Shown here in pieces: positions 11,821 to 22,666 of a stretch of 64,000 nucleotides of DNA; within the stretch, counting starts at the first letter, position 1; each line of letters starts with the position of its first letter. The position numbers were made by a program, and so were the translations under genes. The notes beneath the pieces are model-generated. The model saw only the letters and a program-made list of their open reading frames with translations. It was not told the DNA's origin and did not search any database. Source of the DNA: an uncultured Alphaproteobacteria bacterium (GTDB lineage: Bacteria > Pseudomonadota > Alphaproteobacteria > HIMB59). The stretch is taken from NCBI GenBank assembly GCA_902599045.1, contig CACKEA010000001.1:204985-268984 (forward strand). Direction: 5' to 3'.

Positions 11821-12908
11821 TGAAAAATATTACAGTACCTGAGCTTGGCGAGTCCATAATTGAGGGAACACTGACATCTTGGTTAATTAAAGAAGGTGAC
11901 AGTTTTAAATCTGGCGATAATTTAGCTGAAATAGAGACAGAAAAAATTACGATTGAAATACCTGCTCAAACTTCTGGAACATTAACAAAAATAATTACAC
12001 CTGTTGGAGCCACAGTGAACGTAGGTCAATCAATTGCTGAAATATCTGATCAGATCACGACCGAAGAAATTACTGAAACTAAGACAAATCAAACTACTGA
12101 AACTAAAGAGTTTAAAGAGCAGGCTACATCACCAGTTGATAAGCCTAATATTGTTAAAAAATCAAAGGAAATTGGTGATAAAGATGACAACCTTCCGAAT
12201 TTTGACAAAGAACAAGGATCAGCAAATGAAAAAATTATTCCTATGTCTAAACTCAGACAGACCATTGCAAGAAGATTAAAAGATGCTCAAAACACAGCTG
12301 CAATTCTTACAACATTTAATGAAGTTGATATGTCAGCAATCATGGCTCTCAGAAAAAAAGAGCAAGCACACTTTCAAAAAAAATATGGTGTGAAACTTGG
12401 TATAATGTCTTTTTTTGTTAAAGCATGTACCGAAGTCTTAAAAGCAATACCTGAAATTAATTCAGAAATTCATGAAAATAAAATTATTTATAAAAATTAT
12501 TTTGATATAGGAATAGCCATAGGATCAGAAAAAGGGTTGGTTGTTCCAATAATAAGAAATGTAGAAAATTTATCTAATGCAGATATTGAAAAAGCTATTT
12601 TTGATTTATCCAATAAGGCAAATTCAAATAAACTTGCAATGAGTGATTTATCAGGTGGAACTTTTTCAATTACAAATGGAGGAATATATGGCTCAATGAT
12701 GAGTACACCCATAATTAATCCTCCACAAAGTGCTATATTAGGTATGCACTCAATAATAGAAAGACCAATTGTGGTAAAAAAGAAAATTGTTATTAAGCCG
12801 ATGATGTATATAGCATTAAGTTATGACCATAGACTTATTGATGGAAAGCAAGCAGTAACTTTTTTAGTAAACTTAAAAGAGTTGTTAGAAAATCCAAAAA
12901 TAATTTAA
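11820..12908 (+). CDS. sucB: Dihydrolipoamide succinyltransferase E2
   Basis: Lipoyl domain (IETEK), catalytic SYDHRLIDG; no recognisable E3-binding domain. Confidence 0.95.
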   Translation: MKNITVPELGESIIEGTLTSWLIKEGDSFKSGDNLAEIETEKITIEIPAQTSGTLTKIITPVGATVNVGQSIAEISDQITTEEITETKTNQTTETKEFKEQATSPVDKPNIVKKSKEIGDKDDNLPNFDKEQGSANEKIIPMSKLRQTIARRLKDAQNTAAILTTFNEVDMSAIMALRKKEQAHFQKKYGVKLGIMSFFVKACTEVLKAIPEINSEIHENKIIYKNYFDIGIAIGSEKGLVVPIIRNVENLSNADIEKAIFDLSNKANSNKLAMSDLSGGTFSITNGGIYGSMMSTPIINPPQSAILGMHSIIERPIVVKKKIVIKPMMYIALSYDHRLIDGKQAVTFLVNLKELLENPKII

Positions 12909-15532
12909 TTTTTCAGAATATTTTTCAAAACAAAATTTAATATACCATCAGCTTTGTAGTATTGAAGTTCGTTGACAGTATCAATCCTTAAAGTGCATTC
13001 TAAAACTTTAACATTGTCGTCACTTTTAATGGACACTTCCAAATCTTGTAGGGGTTTAATTTCATTATCTAGTCTTACATCTACAAGGTCGGAAGATTTT
13101 ATATTTAGATCATTGAGTTTATGGCTATTAAGTTGTATTGGAAGTACCCCCATTCCAACTAGATTTGATCGATGTATTCTTTCAAAGCTCTCTGCTATAA
13201 CGGCCTTGATGCCTAATAGTTTTGTTCCTTTTGCTGCCCAATCCCTAGAGGAGCCAGTTCCATATTCTTGTCCTGCAAAAACAACAACGTTTTCAGATCT
13301 TTTTGCATACTCTTTAGCAACTTCATAGACACTCATTTTCTTTTTTTCAGGTTCTAGAATTGAGTAGCCCCCTTCTACATTTGACAGTAACTTATTTTTA
13401 ATTCTTATATTAGCAAAAGTGCCTCTAACCATTACCTCATGATTACCCCTTCTGGCGCCATACGAATTAAAATCATTTTGTAGTATTTGTCTCTCCATAA
13501 AATAGCTTCCCGCAGGACTTTCTGCTTTAATAGCACCTGCGGGTGAAATGTGGTCTGTAGTAACACTATTCCCCAAAAGCAATAAGGGTCTCGCATTTTC
13601 AATTGGTATAATTTCTTTATCATCAGATTGACCAGTAAAAAAAGGGGGTTGCTGCACATAGGTTGAAGAAGAGTTCCATTTAAATAAGTCCCCTGTAGAT
13701 GTATCAATCCTTTGCCATTCTTTTGGTCCATCTAAAGCGTTTAAGTATTGTTTTTTGAACATTTCAGGTGAGACATTTTTTTCAACTGCATCTCGAATTT
13801 CATTATTACTTGGCCATATATCTTTCAAGAAAACTTCATTACCATTTTTATCAATACCTAAGGGGTCCTTTGTTAAATTTGTATACACAGATCCAGCTAA
13901 TGCGTAGGCAACAACTAGAGGGGGTGAAGCAAGATAGTTTGCTTTAACATGTGGATTAACTCTTCCCTCAAAATTTCTATTCCCTGAAAGTACAGAAGCT
14001 ACTGTTAAATCATTTTTTGCAATACACTCCGCAATGTCTTCTTCTAGAGGGCCTGAATTTCCAATACATGTAGTGCATCCATAACCTACTAAATGAAAAC
14101 CCAATTGATCTAAATATTTATTTAAGCCAGATTTATCCAAATAATCAGTAACAACTTTTGAACCAGGTGCCAATGATGTTTTGACCCAAGGCTTTACTTG
14201 TAATCCTAGTTCACAAGCTTTTTTTGCAACTAGTCCTGCTGCAACTAAAACATCTGGGTTTGAGGTATTGGTGCATGAAGTAATAGCAGCAATAACTACA
14301 TTTCCATCTTGCATTTTGTAATTGTGATTTTTTACTTCCTTTTCAACAGGTTTGTTCTTTGAAAATTCTTTAAAATTTAAATTCACACTCTCTAAATTAA
14401 TTCTATCTTGAGGTCTTTTAGGCCCAGCTAAAGATGCTTGAACTTTTTCAAGATTCAAATGTATAGTGTCGTTGTAATCACAAGTATCATCAGCCCATAA
14501 ACCTTGAATTTTATGATATTTTTCGACAATATCTATCAGATCTGAGCTTCTAGAAGTTAACTTTAAATATTTAATGGTCTCTTCATCAACTGAAAAAAAC
14601 CCGCAGGTTGCACCGTACTCTGGAGCCATATTGGCAATAGTAGCTCTATCAGCAAGTGATAAATTTTTTAAACCGTCACCATAAAATTCAACAAATTTTC
14701 CAACCACGCCCTTTTCTCGGAGCATTTGAACAATTGTAAGAACTAGGTCTGTTGCTGTAACACCCTCATTCATCTTTCCCATTATTTCAAAACCAACCAC
14801 TTCCGGTAAAAGCATAGATACAGATTGACCAAGCATAGCGGCTTCGGCTTCAATGCCACCTACTCCCCAACCAAGCACCCCTAGTGCGTTTACCATAGTC
14901 GTATGACTATCGGTTCCAACTAATGTGTCAGGATATAAATAATTTTTTTCATTTTGCTTTGAACTCCATACAACTTCCGCTAAATACTCTAAATTAACTT
15001 GATGACATATTCCTGTACCAGGAGGGATAACCCGAAAGTTTTTAAAAGCTTGTTGTCCCCATTTTAAAAATTCATATCTCTCTATATTCCTTCCAAATTC
15101 CATATCAACGTTTTTTTGAAACGCCTTTGGACTAGCAAAATAATCAACCATTACTGAATGATCTATTACCAAATCAACTTGTGACATGGGATTTACTTTG
15201 GAAGGGTCCTTTCCTTTTTCTGAGACGGCATCACGCATTGCTGCTAAGTCTGCAACCGCAGGTACACCAGTAAAATCTTGCATTAAAACTCTAGATGGAA
15301 GAAAAAATACTTCATGTTTTTTTTCTGGGTTTTCCAAAACATTTCTAATTAGATTTACGTTGACATCTTCACCGTCTTCTAATCTTAGCAAATTTTCAAT
15401 AAGTATTTTTTTTGATTTAGGGAGAGTTTTTAGTTTTGGAAATTCATCTTCTAATAAGGATAAATTATAAAAGTTATATTCCTTTCCGTTTAGAGTAAAC
15501 CTGTCTAAAATCTGAAAACTATTAACTGACAT
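12905..15532 (-). CDS. acnA: Aconitate hydratase A
   Basis: [46 protein letters not shown]. Confidence 0.98.
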   Translation of the reverse strand: MSVNSFQILDRFTLNGKEYNFYNLSLLEDEFPKLKTLPKSKKILIENLLRLEDGEDVNVNLIRNVLENPEKKHEVFFLPSRVLMQDFTGVPAVADLAAMRDAVSEKGKDPSKVNPMSQVDLVIDHSVMVDYFASPKAFQKNVDMEFGRNIERYEFLKWGQQAFKNFRVIPPGTGICHQVNLEYLAEVVWSSKQNEKNYLYPDTLVGTDSHTTMVNALGVLGWGVGGIEAEAAMLGQSVSMLLPEVVGFEIMGKMNEGVTATDLVLTIVQMLREKGVVGKFVEFYGDGLKNLSLADRATIANMAPEYGATCGFFSVDEETIKYLKLTSRSSDLIDIVEKYHKIQGLWADDTCDYNDTIHLNLEKVQASLAGPKRPQDRINLESVNLNFKEFSKNKPVEKEVKNHNYKMQDGNVVIAAITSCTNTSNPDVLVAAGLVAKKACELGLQVKPWVKTSLAPGSKVVTDYLDKSGLNKYLDQLGFHLVGYGCTTCIGNSGPLEEDIAECIAKNDLTVASVLSGNRNFEGRVNPHVKANYLASPPLVVAYALAGSVYTNLTKDPLGIDKNGNEVFLKDIWPSNNEIRDAVEKNVSPEMFKKQYLNALDGPKEWQRIDTSTGDLFKWNSSSTYVQQPPFFTGQSDDKEIIPIENARPLLLLGNSVTTDHISPAGAIKAESPAGSYFMERQILQNDFNSYGARRGNHEVMVRGTFANIRIKNKLLSNVEGGYSILEPEKKKMSVYEVAKEYAKRSENVVVFAGQEYGTGSSRDWAAKGTKLLGIKAVIAESFERIHRSNLVGMGVLPIQLNSHKLNDLNIKSSDLVDVRLDNEIKPLQDLEVSIKSDDNVKVLECTLRIDTVNELQYYKADGILNFVLKNILKN

Positions 15533-15587
15533 AATAACTAATTAATATCACCAATTAGTACATTTTTTTATGCATAATACTGATTAA

Positions 15588-16478
15588 TTATCTTTTAAAT
15601 TTATCTTTTAGTAAGTCATATAATTTTTGAGAGTCATAACTAAGATCTCTTCCGGATCTTTTAATTAAGCCAATTGTTCTGGTTACAGATGGATCTATAA
15701 GAGGTCTAAACGATAAAGATGTATAGTCTTTAGAAATAGCCAGTTTTGGGGCTAATGTTATCCCTAGCCCTTGTTCTACCATATTCAAAGCAGTAGGAAT
15801 ATGTCTTACTTCATAAGCCCAATCCATATCTTCTTTTTGAAGTGCTAGAGCATTTTCAATATAAATTCTACTTCCTGAACCTTTCCAAATTGATATAAAA
15901 TTTCGATCTTTGATTTCTGATAGTTTTACTTTTCTTTTTCTCTCTAACTCATCTCCTTTGGGAAATGCAACTACGTAATCTTCCACAAATAGTTTTTCAA
16001 AATTAATTCCTGGCTCTTGAATACCTGTAAAATTGATACCAAAATCACACTCTCCTCCTAAAACACTATCAACAACATTATTTGATGATCTCTCAATGAT
16101 TTGAACTTTACATCTAGGTTCAATTTCTTTAAAAGATTTTAAGGTAGAAAATAATATATTTCTGAGAGCTGAATGCACTACCCCAATTTTAATTATTGAT
16201 GGAAAGCTATATTTTTCATTAAGTGTTTTGGTTGCTGTTTTAACTGCTTCTATAATACCTCTAGCTCGATCATAAAAATTTCTTCCAGAGTAAGATAATT
16301 GAACTTTTCTTGTGGTTCTATCAAAAAGGGTAGTTCCTAACTCGTGTTCTAATTTCTGAATTCTTCTTGAGAGCGCAGGTTGAGATAAATTTAAATTATT
16401 TGCCGCCTTAGCAAATGAATTTGTTTCAGTTAGTTCAATAAATGCTTCTATATCACCAATTTCAATATTTATGCGCAT
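15588..16478 (-). CDS. LysR family transcriptional regulator
   Basis: N-terminal HTH (SFAKAA..L.LSQPALSRRIQKLE..LG..LFDRTTR) plus substrate-binding domain. Confidence 0.93.
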   Translation of the reverse strand: MRINIEIGDIEAFIELTETNSFAKAANNLNLSQPALSRRIQKLEHELGTTLFDRTTRKVQLSYSGRNFYDRARGIIEAVKTATKTLNEKYSFPSIIKIGVVHSALRNILFSTLKSFKEIEPRCKVQIIERSSNNVVDSVLGGECDFGINFTGIQEPGINFEKLFVEDYVVAFPKGDELERKRKVKLSEIKDRNFISIWKGSGSRIYIENALALQKEDMDWAYEVRHIPTALNMVEQGLGITLAPKLAISKDYTSLSFRPLIDPSVTRTIGLIKRSGRDLSYDSQKLYDLLKDKFKR

Positions 16479-16491
16479 GTAACATAAATAT
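16465..16491. promoter_or_regulatory. Putative LysR-type operator (T-N11-A palindrome) over the lysR start codon
   Basis: ATATTTATG-N9-CATAAATAT perfect 9-bp inverted arms overlapping the start codon (16476-16478). Confidence 0.55.
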
Positions 16492-16503
16492 CAAAATATA
16501 ATT

Positions 16504-17994
16504 TTATTTGCTATTCTTTTTTGTAGTAGTCTTCTTTACAGCCTTTATCCATCCTTGATAAAGATACTTAACTTCCTTTTTATGAAGTCTTGGTTTAAAT
16601 ATTTTTTCACTTTGCCATTTTTTTGATATTTCTTCTGTATTCTTGATAATTTTTGAAGATAGCCCTACAAGATAAGCTGCCCCCAATGCAGTCGTCTCAG
16701 TTATTTTTGGTCTATCACAATTTAGGATTAAAATATTCGATAAAAATTGTAGAAATTTTTCATTTGTCACCATTCCGCCATCAACTTTAATTTGTTTAAT
16801 AGGTAAGCCACTATCTTTTTCCATTGCAATTATCAAATCTTTAGTTTGATATGCAACACTATCTATAGCAGCTTTAACATATTCAGCTATTCCTGTATTT
16901 CTTGTCATGCCAAAAATAGCTCCTCTTGCTTCACCATCCCAATATGGAGCTCCTAAACCTACAAAAGCAGGAACAAAATAGATTTGTTGGCTATGATCGC
17001 TTTGGGAATATAAAACCTCTGTTTCTTGTGCCGTTTTTATAACTTTAAGGGAGTCTCTTAGCCATTGAATTGCAGCACCAGCAACGAAAATTGAACCCTC
17101 CAAGGCGTAGGTAGTCTTATTGTTAATTCTATATGCAATTGTTGTAAGTAAATTGTTTTTTGAAATTTTTGGTTTCTGTCCGATATTCATGATCATAAAG
17201 CAGCCAGTGCCATATGTAGACTTAATAGATCCTGGTTTAAAACATGCTTGACCAATTGTTGCGGCTTGTTGATCACCAGCAATGCCTCCTATGTTAATTT
17301 TATCTCCAAAAAAAGTTGTATAACCAAAATCGTCTGCACTATCTTTAACCGTAGGAAGAATTTTACGAGGAATATTGAAAATTTTAAGTAACTCTTTTGA
17401 CCAGCAGTTTTTTTTGATGTCGTATAGCATAGTTCTCGAAGCATTTGTGGCCTCAGTAAAATAAGACCTCCCATTTGTTAACTTCCAAAGCAGCCAAGTA
17501 TCTATAGTTCCAAATAAAAGCCTATCTTCTTTTAAAAGTTTTTTTGATAACTCTATGTTATCGAGTATCCATTTAATTTTAGTAGCTGAAAAATATGAAT
17601 CAATTACAAGACCAGTTATTTTTTGGATCTTTTTTGCAAATCCTTTTTTAGTTAAGTCTTTGCAATAATTTACTGTTCTTCTGTCTTGCCAAACAATAGC
17701 TCTATAAATAGGTTTACCTGTTTGCTTATCCCATACGACAACAGTTTCCCTTTGATTAGTTATTCCTATGCCCAATATCTGGCCTGAATTAGCATTAGCT
17801 TTCTTAATCGCATTTTGTGAGGTTTGTATAACAGAATTAAATATCTCCTCTGGATCGTGTTCTACACAACCATCTTTTGGAAAGTACTGCTTAAATTCTA
17901 ATTGATCACTAGAGATAATTTCAAAATTTTTATTAAAAATGATTGAACGTGTAGAAGTTGTTCCTTGATCAATTGATAGAATAAATTTTTTCAC
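16504..17994 (-). CDS. glpK: Glycerol kinase
   Basis: IDQGTTSTR, GITNQRET, VWQDRRT, YFSATKI, KSTYGTG. Confidence 0.97.
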   Translation of the reverse strand: MKKFILSIDQGTTSTRSIIFNKNFEIISSDQLEFKQYFPKDGCVEHDPEEIFNSVIQTSQNAIKKANANSGQILGIGITNQRETVVVWDKQTGKPIYRAIVWQDRRTVNYCKDLTKKGFAKKIQKITGLVIDSYFSATKIKWILDNIELSKKLLKEDRLLFGTIDTWLLWKLTNGRSYFTEATNASRTMLYDIKKNCWSKELLKIFNIPRKILPTVKDSADDFGYTTFFGDKINIGGIAGDQQAATIGQACFKPGSIKSTYGTGCFMIMNIGQKPKISKNNLLTTIAYRINNKTTYALEGSIFVAGAAIQWLRDSLKVIKTAQETEVLYSQSDHSQQIYFVPAFVGLGAPYWDGEARGAIFGMTRNTGIAEYVKAAIDSVAYQTKDLIIAMEKDSGLPIKQIKVDGGMVTNEKFLQFLSNILILNCDRPKITETTALGAAYLVGLSSKIIKNTEEISKKWQSEKIFKPRLHKKEVKYLYQGWIKAVKKTTTKKNSK

Positions 17995-18015
17995 CTTTGT
18001 ATAATATCATAAGTA

Positions 18016-19449
18016 CTAAAGGTGTCTTTTTAAAATAATTTCTAATTTATCCTTTGCTTCTTTGGGAAAATTAATTCCAAGCTTTGTTCTCCTAAAAAGG
18101 ATATCTTCTGAAGTTCGAGCCATTTCTTCTTTAATGAGATATTTTACTTCAAATTCATAAAAGTCACCAAAAATCAACTCTCCACCAGTTTCAAATTCAT
18201 TATAATACTTGTTAAGTTTTGATATTTTATTTCCATAAGTTTCAACAAGACGTCCAATTATTTTCTCTGAAATATTTGTATTGTCTATTTCATTATTATT
18301 TGCACCCGGTAGTAACTCATTGTAAGTCCATGATTTGCTTGAGAAGCTAAGGTACTTTGATAATTTTTCCATAACTTTTTCAGAGAGTTTTCTATATGTT
18401 GTAAGCTTTCCACCAAAAACAGTAATTATCGGTGCTCCTTTAATATCATCAATTTCAAAAGCGTAGTCTCTTGAAATTTTTGAAGCTTTTTGATTATTAT
18501 CTTCAATCAATGGTCTTACTCCTGAATATGTCCATATAATATCATTGTTATTTATTTTCTTTTTTATGAACGAATTTACTGAATTAATTAGATAGGTTCT
18601 TTCTTGATCAGTAATCTTTGGGTTCTCAAAACTTTTCACTTCATGATCAGTTGTGCCAATTAAAGTATAATTTTTTTTATAGGGTATCATAAAAATTATA
18701 CGTTTATCACTTAATTGAAGTATATATGCTTGTTCACCGTTATATATTTTTTTTACTACTAAGTGGCTTCCTTGGACAAGTCTCAACTTTTTTTTTGATT
18801 TAATCCCAAAAATATTATTTAAAACCGAAACTGTGTAAGGACCCGTTGCGTTAATAATTACCTTTGATTTTAAAATTTCTCCATTCTCCAAATAAGCTGA
18901 CCAGTATTCATTATCCCTTATAACTTTAGTAATATTTGTATTGACATATATCTTTGCACCTCTATTGATCGCATCTTCAGCATTAAGTAGAGCTAGTCTC
19001 GAGTCATCAACAAACAGGTCAGAGTACATATATCCACTTTTAAAATTTTCCTTTAATGGGTTTTCATCAAATTGTTGATTTAAATAAATAAATTTTGATC
19101 TCTCAAAGGAGGATTTGCCACCCAACCTATCATACAAAAATAATCCTATTCTTATCATCCAACTTGACCTTAAACTTGGAACATGAGGTAAAACAAATTT
19201 TATTGGTTTCGTAATGTGGGGAGCAATTTTTTTTATAATATCTCTTTCTTTCAGAGACTCCCTGACTAATTTAAAATCATAGTTTTCTAAATATCTTATA
19301 CCCCCATGGACTAATTTAGTAGACCATGAAGAAGTTTGTGACGCAATATCACCCTTTTCAATGAGGCAAGTATTTAAACCTCTCCCTACAGCATCTCTAG
19401 CTATGCCTACACCATTTATACCACCACCTATAATTAACACGTCGTACAT
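18016..19449 (-). CDS. glpD: FAD-dependent glycerol-3-phosphate dehydrogenase
   Basis: GGGINGVG, TSSWSTKLVHGGIRYLE, GGKLTTYR. Confidence 0.95.
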   Translation of the reverse strand: MYDVLIIGGGINGVGIARDAVGRGLNTCLIEKGDIASQTSSWSTKLVHGGIRYLENYDFKLVRESLKERDIIKKIAPHITKPIKFVLPHVPSLRSSWMIRIGLFLYDRLGGKSSFERSKFIYLNQQFDENPLKENFKSGYMYSDLFVDDSRLALLNAEDAINRGAKIYVNTNITKVIRDNEYWSAYLENGEILKSKVIINATGPYTVSVLNNIFGIKSKKKLRLVQGSHLVVKKIYNGEQAYILQLSDKRIIFMIPYKKNYTLIGTTDHEVKSFENPKITDQERTYLINSVNSFIKKKINNNDIIWTYSGVRPLIEDNNQKASKISRDYAFEIDDIKGAPIITVFGGKLTTYRKLSEKVMEKLSKYLSFSSKSWTYNELLPGANNNEIDNTNISEKIIGRLVETYGNKISKLNKYYNEFETGGELIFGDFYEFEVKYLIKEEMARTSEDILFRRTKLGINFPKEAKDKLEIILKRHL

Positions 19450-19620
19450 TACCTATGAACATCATATATAAAATCAAAAATGTAAAGGGAGGGTAAGACT
19501 ATTTTCTTAGTTTTTAGTTAATATTCTTTAGTTTAATATTGACTTAGACAAATATATTGTTCTTTCTAATTCAAAACATCCAAGTAAGATGAACATTCTA
19601 AATAATATTAATTTTAATAG

Positions 19621-20589
19621 ATGTCTAAAAAAATTTTAGTAGTTGGTGCTGGTGCTTGGGGAACAGCAATTGCAAATGTTCTCTCAAAAAACAATAATAA
19701 GGTTTATCTTTGGACAAGAGACAAGAGTTTGTCTATCAAAATAAATTCAAATAAAATCAACCATAAGTACTATAAAAATTTCAAATTATCCACAAAGCTT
19801 AAGTCTATATCAGGCAGCTTTATTACTAAAGATTATCATTATATTTTTTATATTTTACCTGCAAGTGCATTTGATAAATTTTGCGAAGACTATTTTAAAA
19901 ATCAAAAAATTCATAATTTAGTAATATGCTCAAAGGGAGTCAGTAAAAATGGAGAATTCATTTCAAATCTGATAACAAAAAAACTAAATATTAATAATTA
20001 TCATTTTTTATCTGGACCAAGCTTTGCAGATGAGGTGTTATATGGAAAACCCACTGCACTCAGTCTATCAAGTCAAAAAGTCAATAAAAACATTGGCAAT
20101 ATTTTTAAAGATACAAATATTAGAATTTATTATTCAGAGGGTTTAAAGACTCTTGAGTTTCTTGGTATAATTAAGAATATATATGCTATTGGGGCAGGTA
20201 TCATTGATGCAGAGTCATTAGGTCAAAATGCTAGATCAGCATATATAACAAGATGCGTAGCTGAAATAAAAAGCATGATAAAATATCTAAATTTAAACGA
20301 GAATATGATTTATAGCCTTGGTGGAATAGGAGATTTAATCCTTACATGTAGCTCAAATAAATCAAGAAACTATAATTTTGGTTTTAGTTTTGCTAAAAAA
20401 AGTAAAAATAAAATAATACCTCGTTTTAAGACCATAGAAGGACTAAACAGCTGCCTATCTATAAAAAAAAATAAAAAAATAATAATTGGTAAGCTTCCAA
20501 TAATAAACTCTATCATAAAGATTATAAATGGGAGTCCACCAAAAAAAGAAATAAAAATTTTACTTAATAGAAGATTTAAAAATGAATAA
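19621..20589 (+). CDS. gpsA: NAD(P)H-dependent glycerol-3-phosphate dehydrogenase
   Basis: GAGAWGTA, LSGPSFA, KNIYAIGAG, GIGDLILTCSS..SRN. Confidence 0.93.
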   Translation: MSKKILVVGAGAWGTAIANVLSKNNNKVYLWTRDKSLSIKINSNKINHKYYKNFKLSTKLKSISGSFITKDYHYIFYILPASAFDKFCEDYFKNQKIHNLVICSKGVSKNGEFISNLITKKLNINNYHFLSGPSFADEVLYGKPTALSLSSQKVNKNIGNIFKDTNIRIYYSEGLKTLEFLGIIKNIYAIGAGIIDAESLGQNARSAYITRCVAEIKSMIKYLNLNENMIYSLGGIGDLILTCSSNKSRNYNFGFSFAKKSKNKIIPRFKTIEGLNSCLSIKKNKKIIIGKLPIINSIIKIINGSPPKKEIKILLNRRFKNE

Positions 20590-20988
20590 TTAACGGTAAA
20601 TACGTTTTAATTCTAATCCTATTTTTTTAAATTTTTTCTTAAAACTGTAAAATTCTTTATTATGTTTTGCTGAATTTTGTTTCAGTACTAACTTTTGATA
20701 ATAATGAACCATTTCGTGACCCAGTATTTCTACAAACTCTTGAAAATTTTTAAATTTATTATGAAGAGTTATTTTATAGCAATATTTTGTAGCATATGGA
20801 TTAAAGTCAAATAATCCAAGAGCGCCGTGTATTCTTCTAATACTAATAAATGGTTTTTTTAAACGATTATTAAAAACTTCTCTATTTAATATTTTATATA
20901 CAGATGGGATTTTATTTGCATTTGGTTTGAATATTCTCTCATTACCATAATGTTGGATGAGCGTTGCTAAACTTTTTGTTCTTGGCAT
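20590..20988 (-). CDS. SprT-like zinc metalloprotease domain protein
   Basis: HEMVH (HExxH) followed by H..EF; basic protein. Confidence 0.7.
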   Translation of the reverse strand: MPRTKSLATLIQHYGNERIFKPNANKIPSVYKILNREVFNNRLKKPFISIRRIHGALGLFDFNPYATKYCYKITLHNKFKNFQEFVEILGHEMVHYYQKLVLKQNSAKHNKEFYSFKKKFKKIGLELKRIYR

Positions 20989-21035
20989 AATTTTAGAGAT
21001 ACAATTATTATTTATAAAAAAAAAATCAAGTTAAT

Positions 21036-21263
21036 TTAATCAGGTGTTTTTAATAAATATTCTATGTGCAAGATTATCTCATCAACCTTGTCATCAGATA
21101 TGTCTTTGTAGCTCTGTCCAAATTTTTCTTTAATACTAAGAGCTATATGTGCATATGCATTTCTACCATTTGGATGATATCGAGATGGTTTTAAAAGGGT
21201 TTGAAGTTCATCACCACTAGATTGAATTTTTTTCCATACTTTATTTCTATTAAATTCATTCAA
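21036..21263 (-). CDS. Small hypothetical protein (75 aa)
   Basis: ORF track; co-oriented with SprT-like gene; TTG start overlaps stop of an upstream small ORF. Confidence 0.6.
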   Translation of the reverse strand: MNEFNRNKVWKKIQSSGDELQTLLKPSRYHPNGRNAYAHIALSIKEKFGQSYKDISDDKVDEIILHIEYLLKTPD

Positions 21264-21364
21264 AGAGATAGGCCGCCAGGAAAATAAGACTCAAGTAAAA
21301 GTCTAATAACAGCAAAACTAATTCCACAAAAAATAATTATTGTGATTAACTGTTTATTTAACAT
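21260..21364 (-). CDS. Small membrane peptide, 34 aa (not in ORF track)
   Basis: Manual translation MLNKQLITIIIFCGISFAVIRLLLESYFPGGLSL; single hydrophobic helix; TGA stop overlaps next TTG start (TTGA). Confidence 0.45.
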   Translation of the reverse strand: MLNKQLITIIIFCGISFAVIRLLLESYFPGGLSL

Positions 21365-21384
21365 GATGTATACAATTAAATATT

Positions 21385-21774
21385 ATGAAAAATATTATCA
21401 TTATTTTTTCTTTAATTCTTCCTAATTTGTTATTTGCTGATATTTTAGAAAAATTTCCTCTTGCTTGTATTTGTGATAAAAACATAAATGCACTTAAGTA
21501 CTTTGATTGCAAACAAAAGGTTTCTGGTACCCAATTAAATATCATCAAGAATCAAAAAAGTGACAATATCTTTATGTTTAGTAGTTTTGATGAAAAAAAA
21601 TATCAATTAGTTGAAAAAGAACTTTTAAATTTAGTTTTTGATTACAATACAGATGATTATATATCTTCTATATCAATCAAAGATAATTTAGATCTAGTTT
21701 TTTCAATATCTTATAAGGAATATAATAAAAAATGGTCATACGATTTAAAGTGTGTTTCATTAAAAAAAGAATAA
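21385..21774 (+). CDS. Hypothetical exported protein
   Basis: Signal peptide-like N-terminus, four Cys. Confidence 0.65.
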   Translation: MKNIIIIFSLILPNLLFADILEKFPLACICDKNINALKYFDCKQKVSGTQLNIIKNQKSDNIFMFSSFDEKKYQLVEKELLNLVFDYNTDDYISSISIKDNLDLVFSISYKEYNKKWSYDLKCVSLKKE

Positions 21775-21793
21775 TGTTCCAATTTGTTTATAA

Positions 21794-22666
21794 ATGTTAG
21801 ATAAAAAATTTATTCTTCCTTCGGCTATTTCTTTTACTGGTTTTCTTTTTTTGGTGTCAATGGACGCCGTGATTAAAATTTTAGGTGAAACCTATTCTGT
21901 TTTACAATTATTATTTTTAAATGCATTATTTTCTCTAATACCACTTCTTTTTTTTATCTGTAAAAATCATGGTTTTCATTTTTATAAGAACCAAAATTAC
22001 ACTTTCCAAGTTATAAGAGGAATTGTTCATACAATCGGATTTCTATTTGTTTTAAAAGGGGTTTTGTTATTGCCACTTTCAGTGGTTTATCCAGTTTTAT
22101 TTACTTCTCCTTTAATGTTACTTGTGATGTCTCATTTTTTTCTGAGTGATAATATCAATATAGTAAGAGTCTTAGCTATTTTAATTGGTTTTTTAGGTGT
22201 TGTTATTTCAGCAGAGCCATTCGGCACTAACATTGTCTCAGCCTTAGGAGTTTTATATGTCTTTTTAGGCGCTTTTTGTATTGCTATTACTCATTTAATC
22301 ACAAGAAAATACAACTATTTAACGTCTTCATATTCAGCAGCATTTTTTAGTATGATTGTAAGTGTTATAATTTTTCTATTTTCTATAAAGTTTCACCTTG
22401 AAACAATGACTTTTAGCCATTTAATTCTATCTTTTCTTGGCGGTGTATTTGCTGGTCTTGGTATTAGTGCAGTAATTTATGGATCTCGAACACTTCCTTC
22501 TTCAGTATTTGGCCTATCAAGTTATATTCAGATAATTTTTGGTGTGTTATTAGGCTGGATTATTTTTAGACAGCTACCTACTCTATATAATTATATTGGA
22601 ATATTAATAGTCATATCTGCAGGATTGATGCTTTTTTATTTTGATAAAAGTAAAAAAAATAGTTAG
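21794..22666 (+). CDS. DMT/EamA family transporter
   Basis: 10 TM helices, MDA..K and F.SPL..L motifs. Confidence 0.87.
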   Translation: MLDKKFILPSAISFTGFLFLVSMDAVIKILGETYSVLQLLFLNALFSLIPLLFFICKNHGFHFYKNQNYTFQVIRGIVHTIGFLFVLKGVLLLPLSVVYPVLFTSPLMLLVMSHFFLSDNINIVRVLAILIGFLGVVISAEPFGTNIVSALGVLYVFLGAFCIAITHLITRKYNYLTSSYSAAFFSMIVSVIIFLFSIKFHLETMTFSHLILSFLGGVFAGLGISAVIYGSRTLPSSVFGLSSYIQIIFGVLLGWIIFRQLPTLYNYIGILIVISAGLMLFYFDKSKKNS

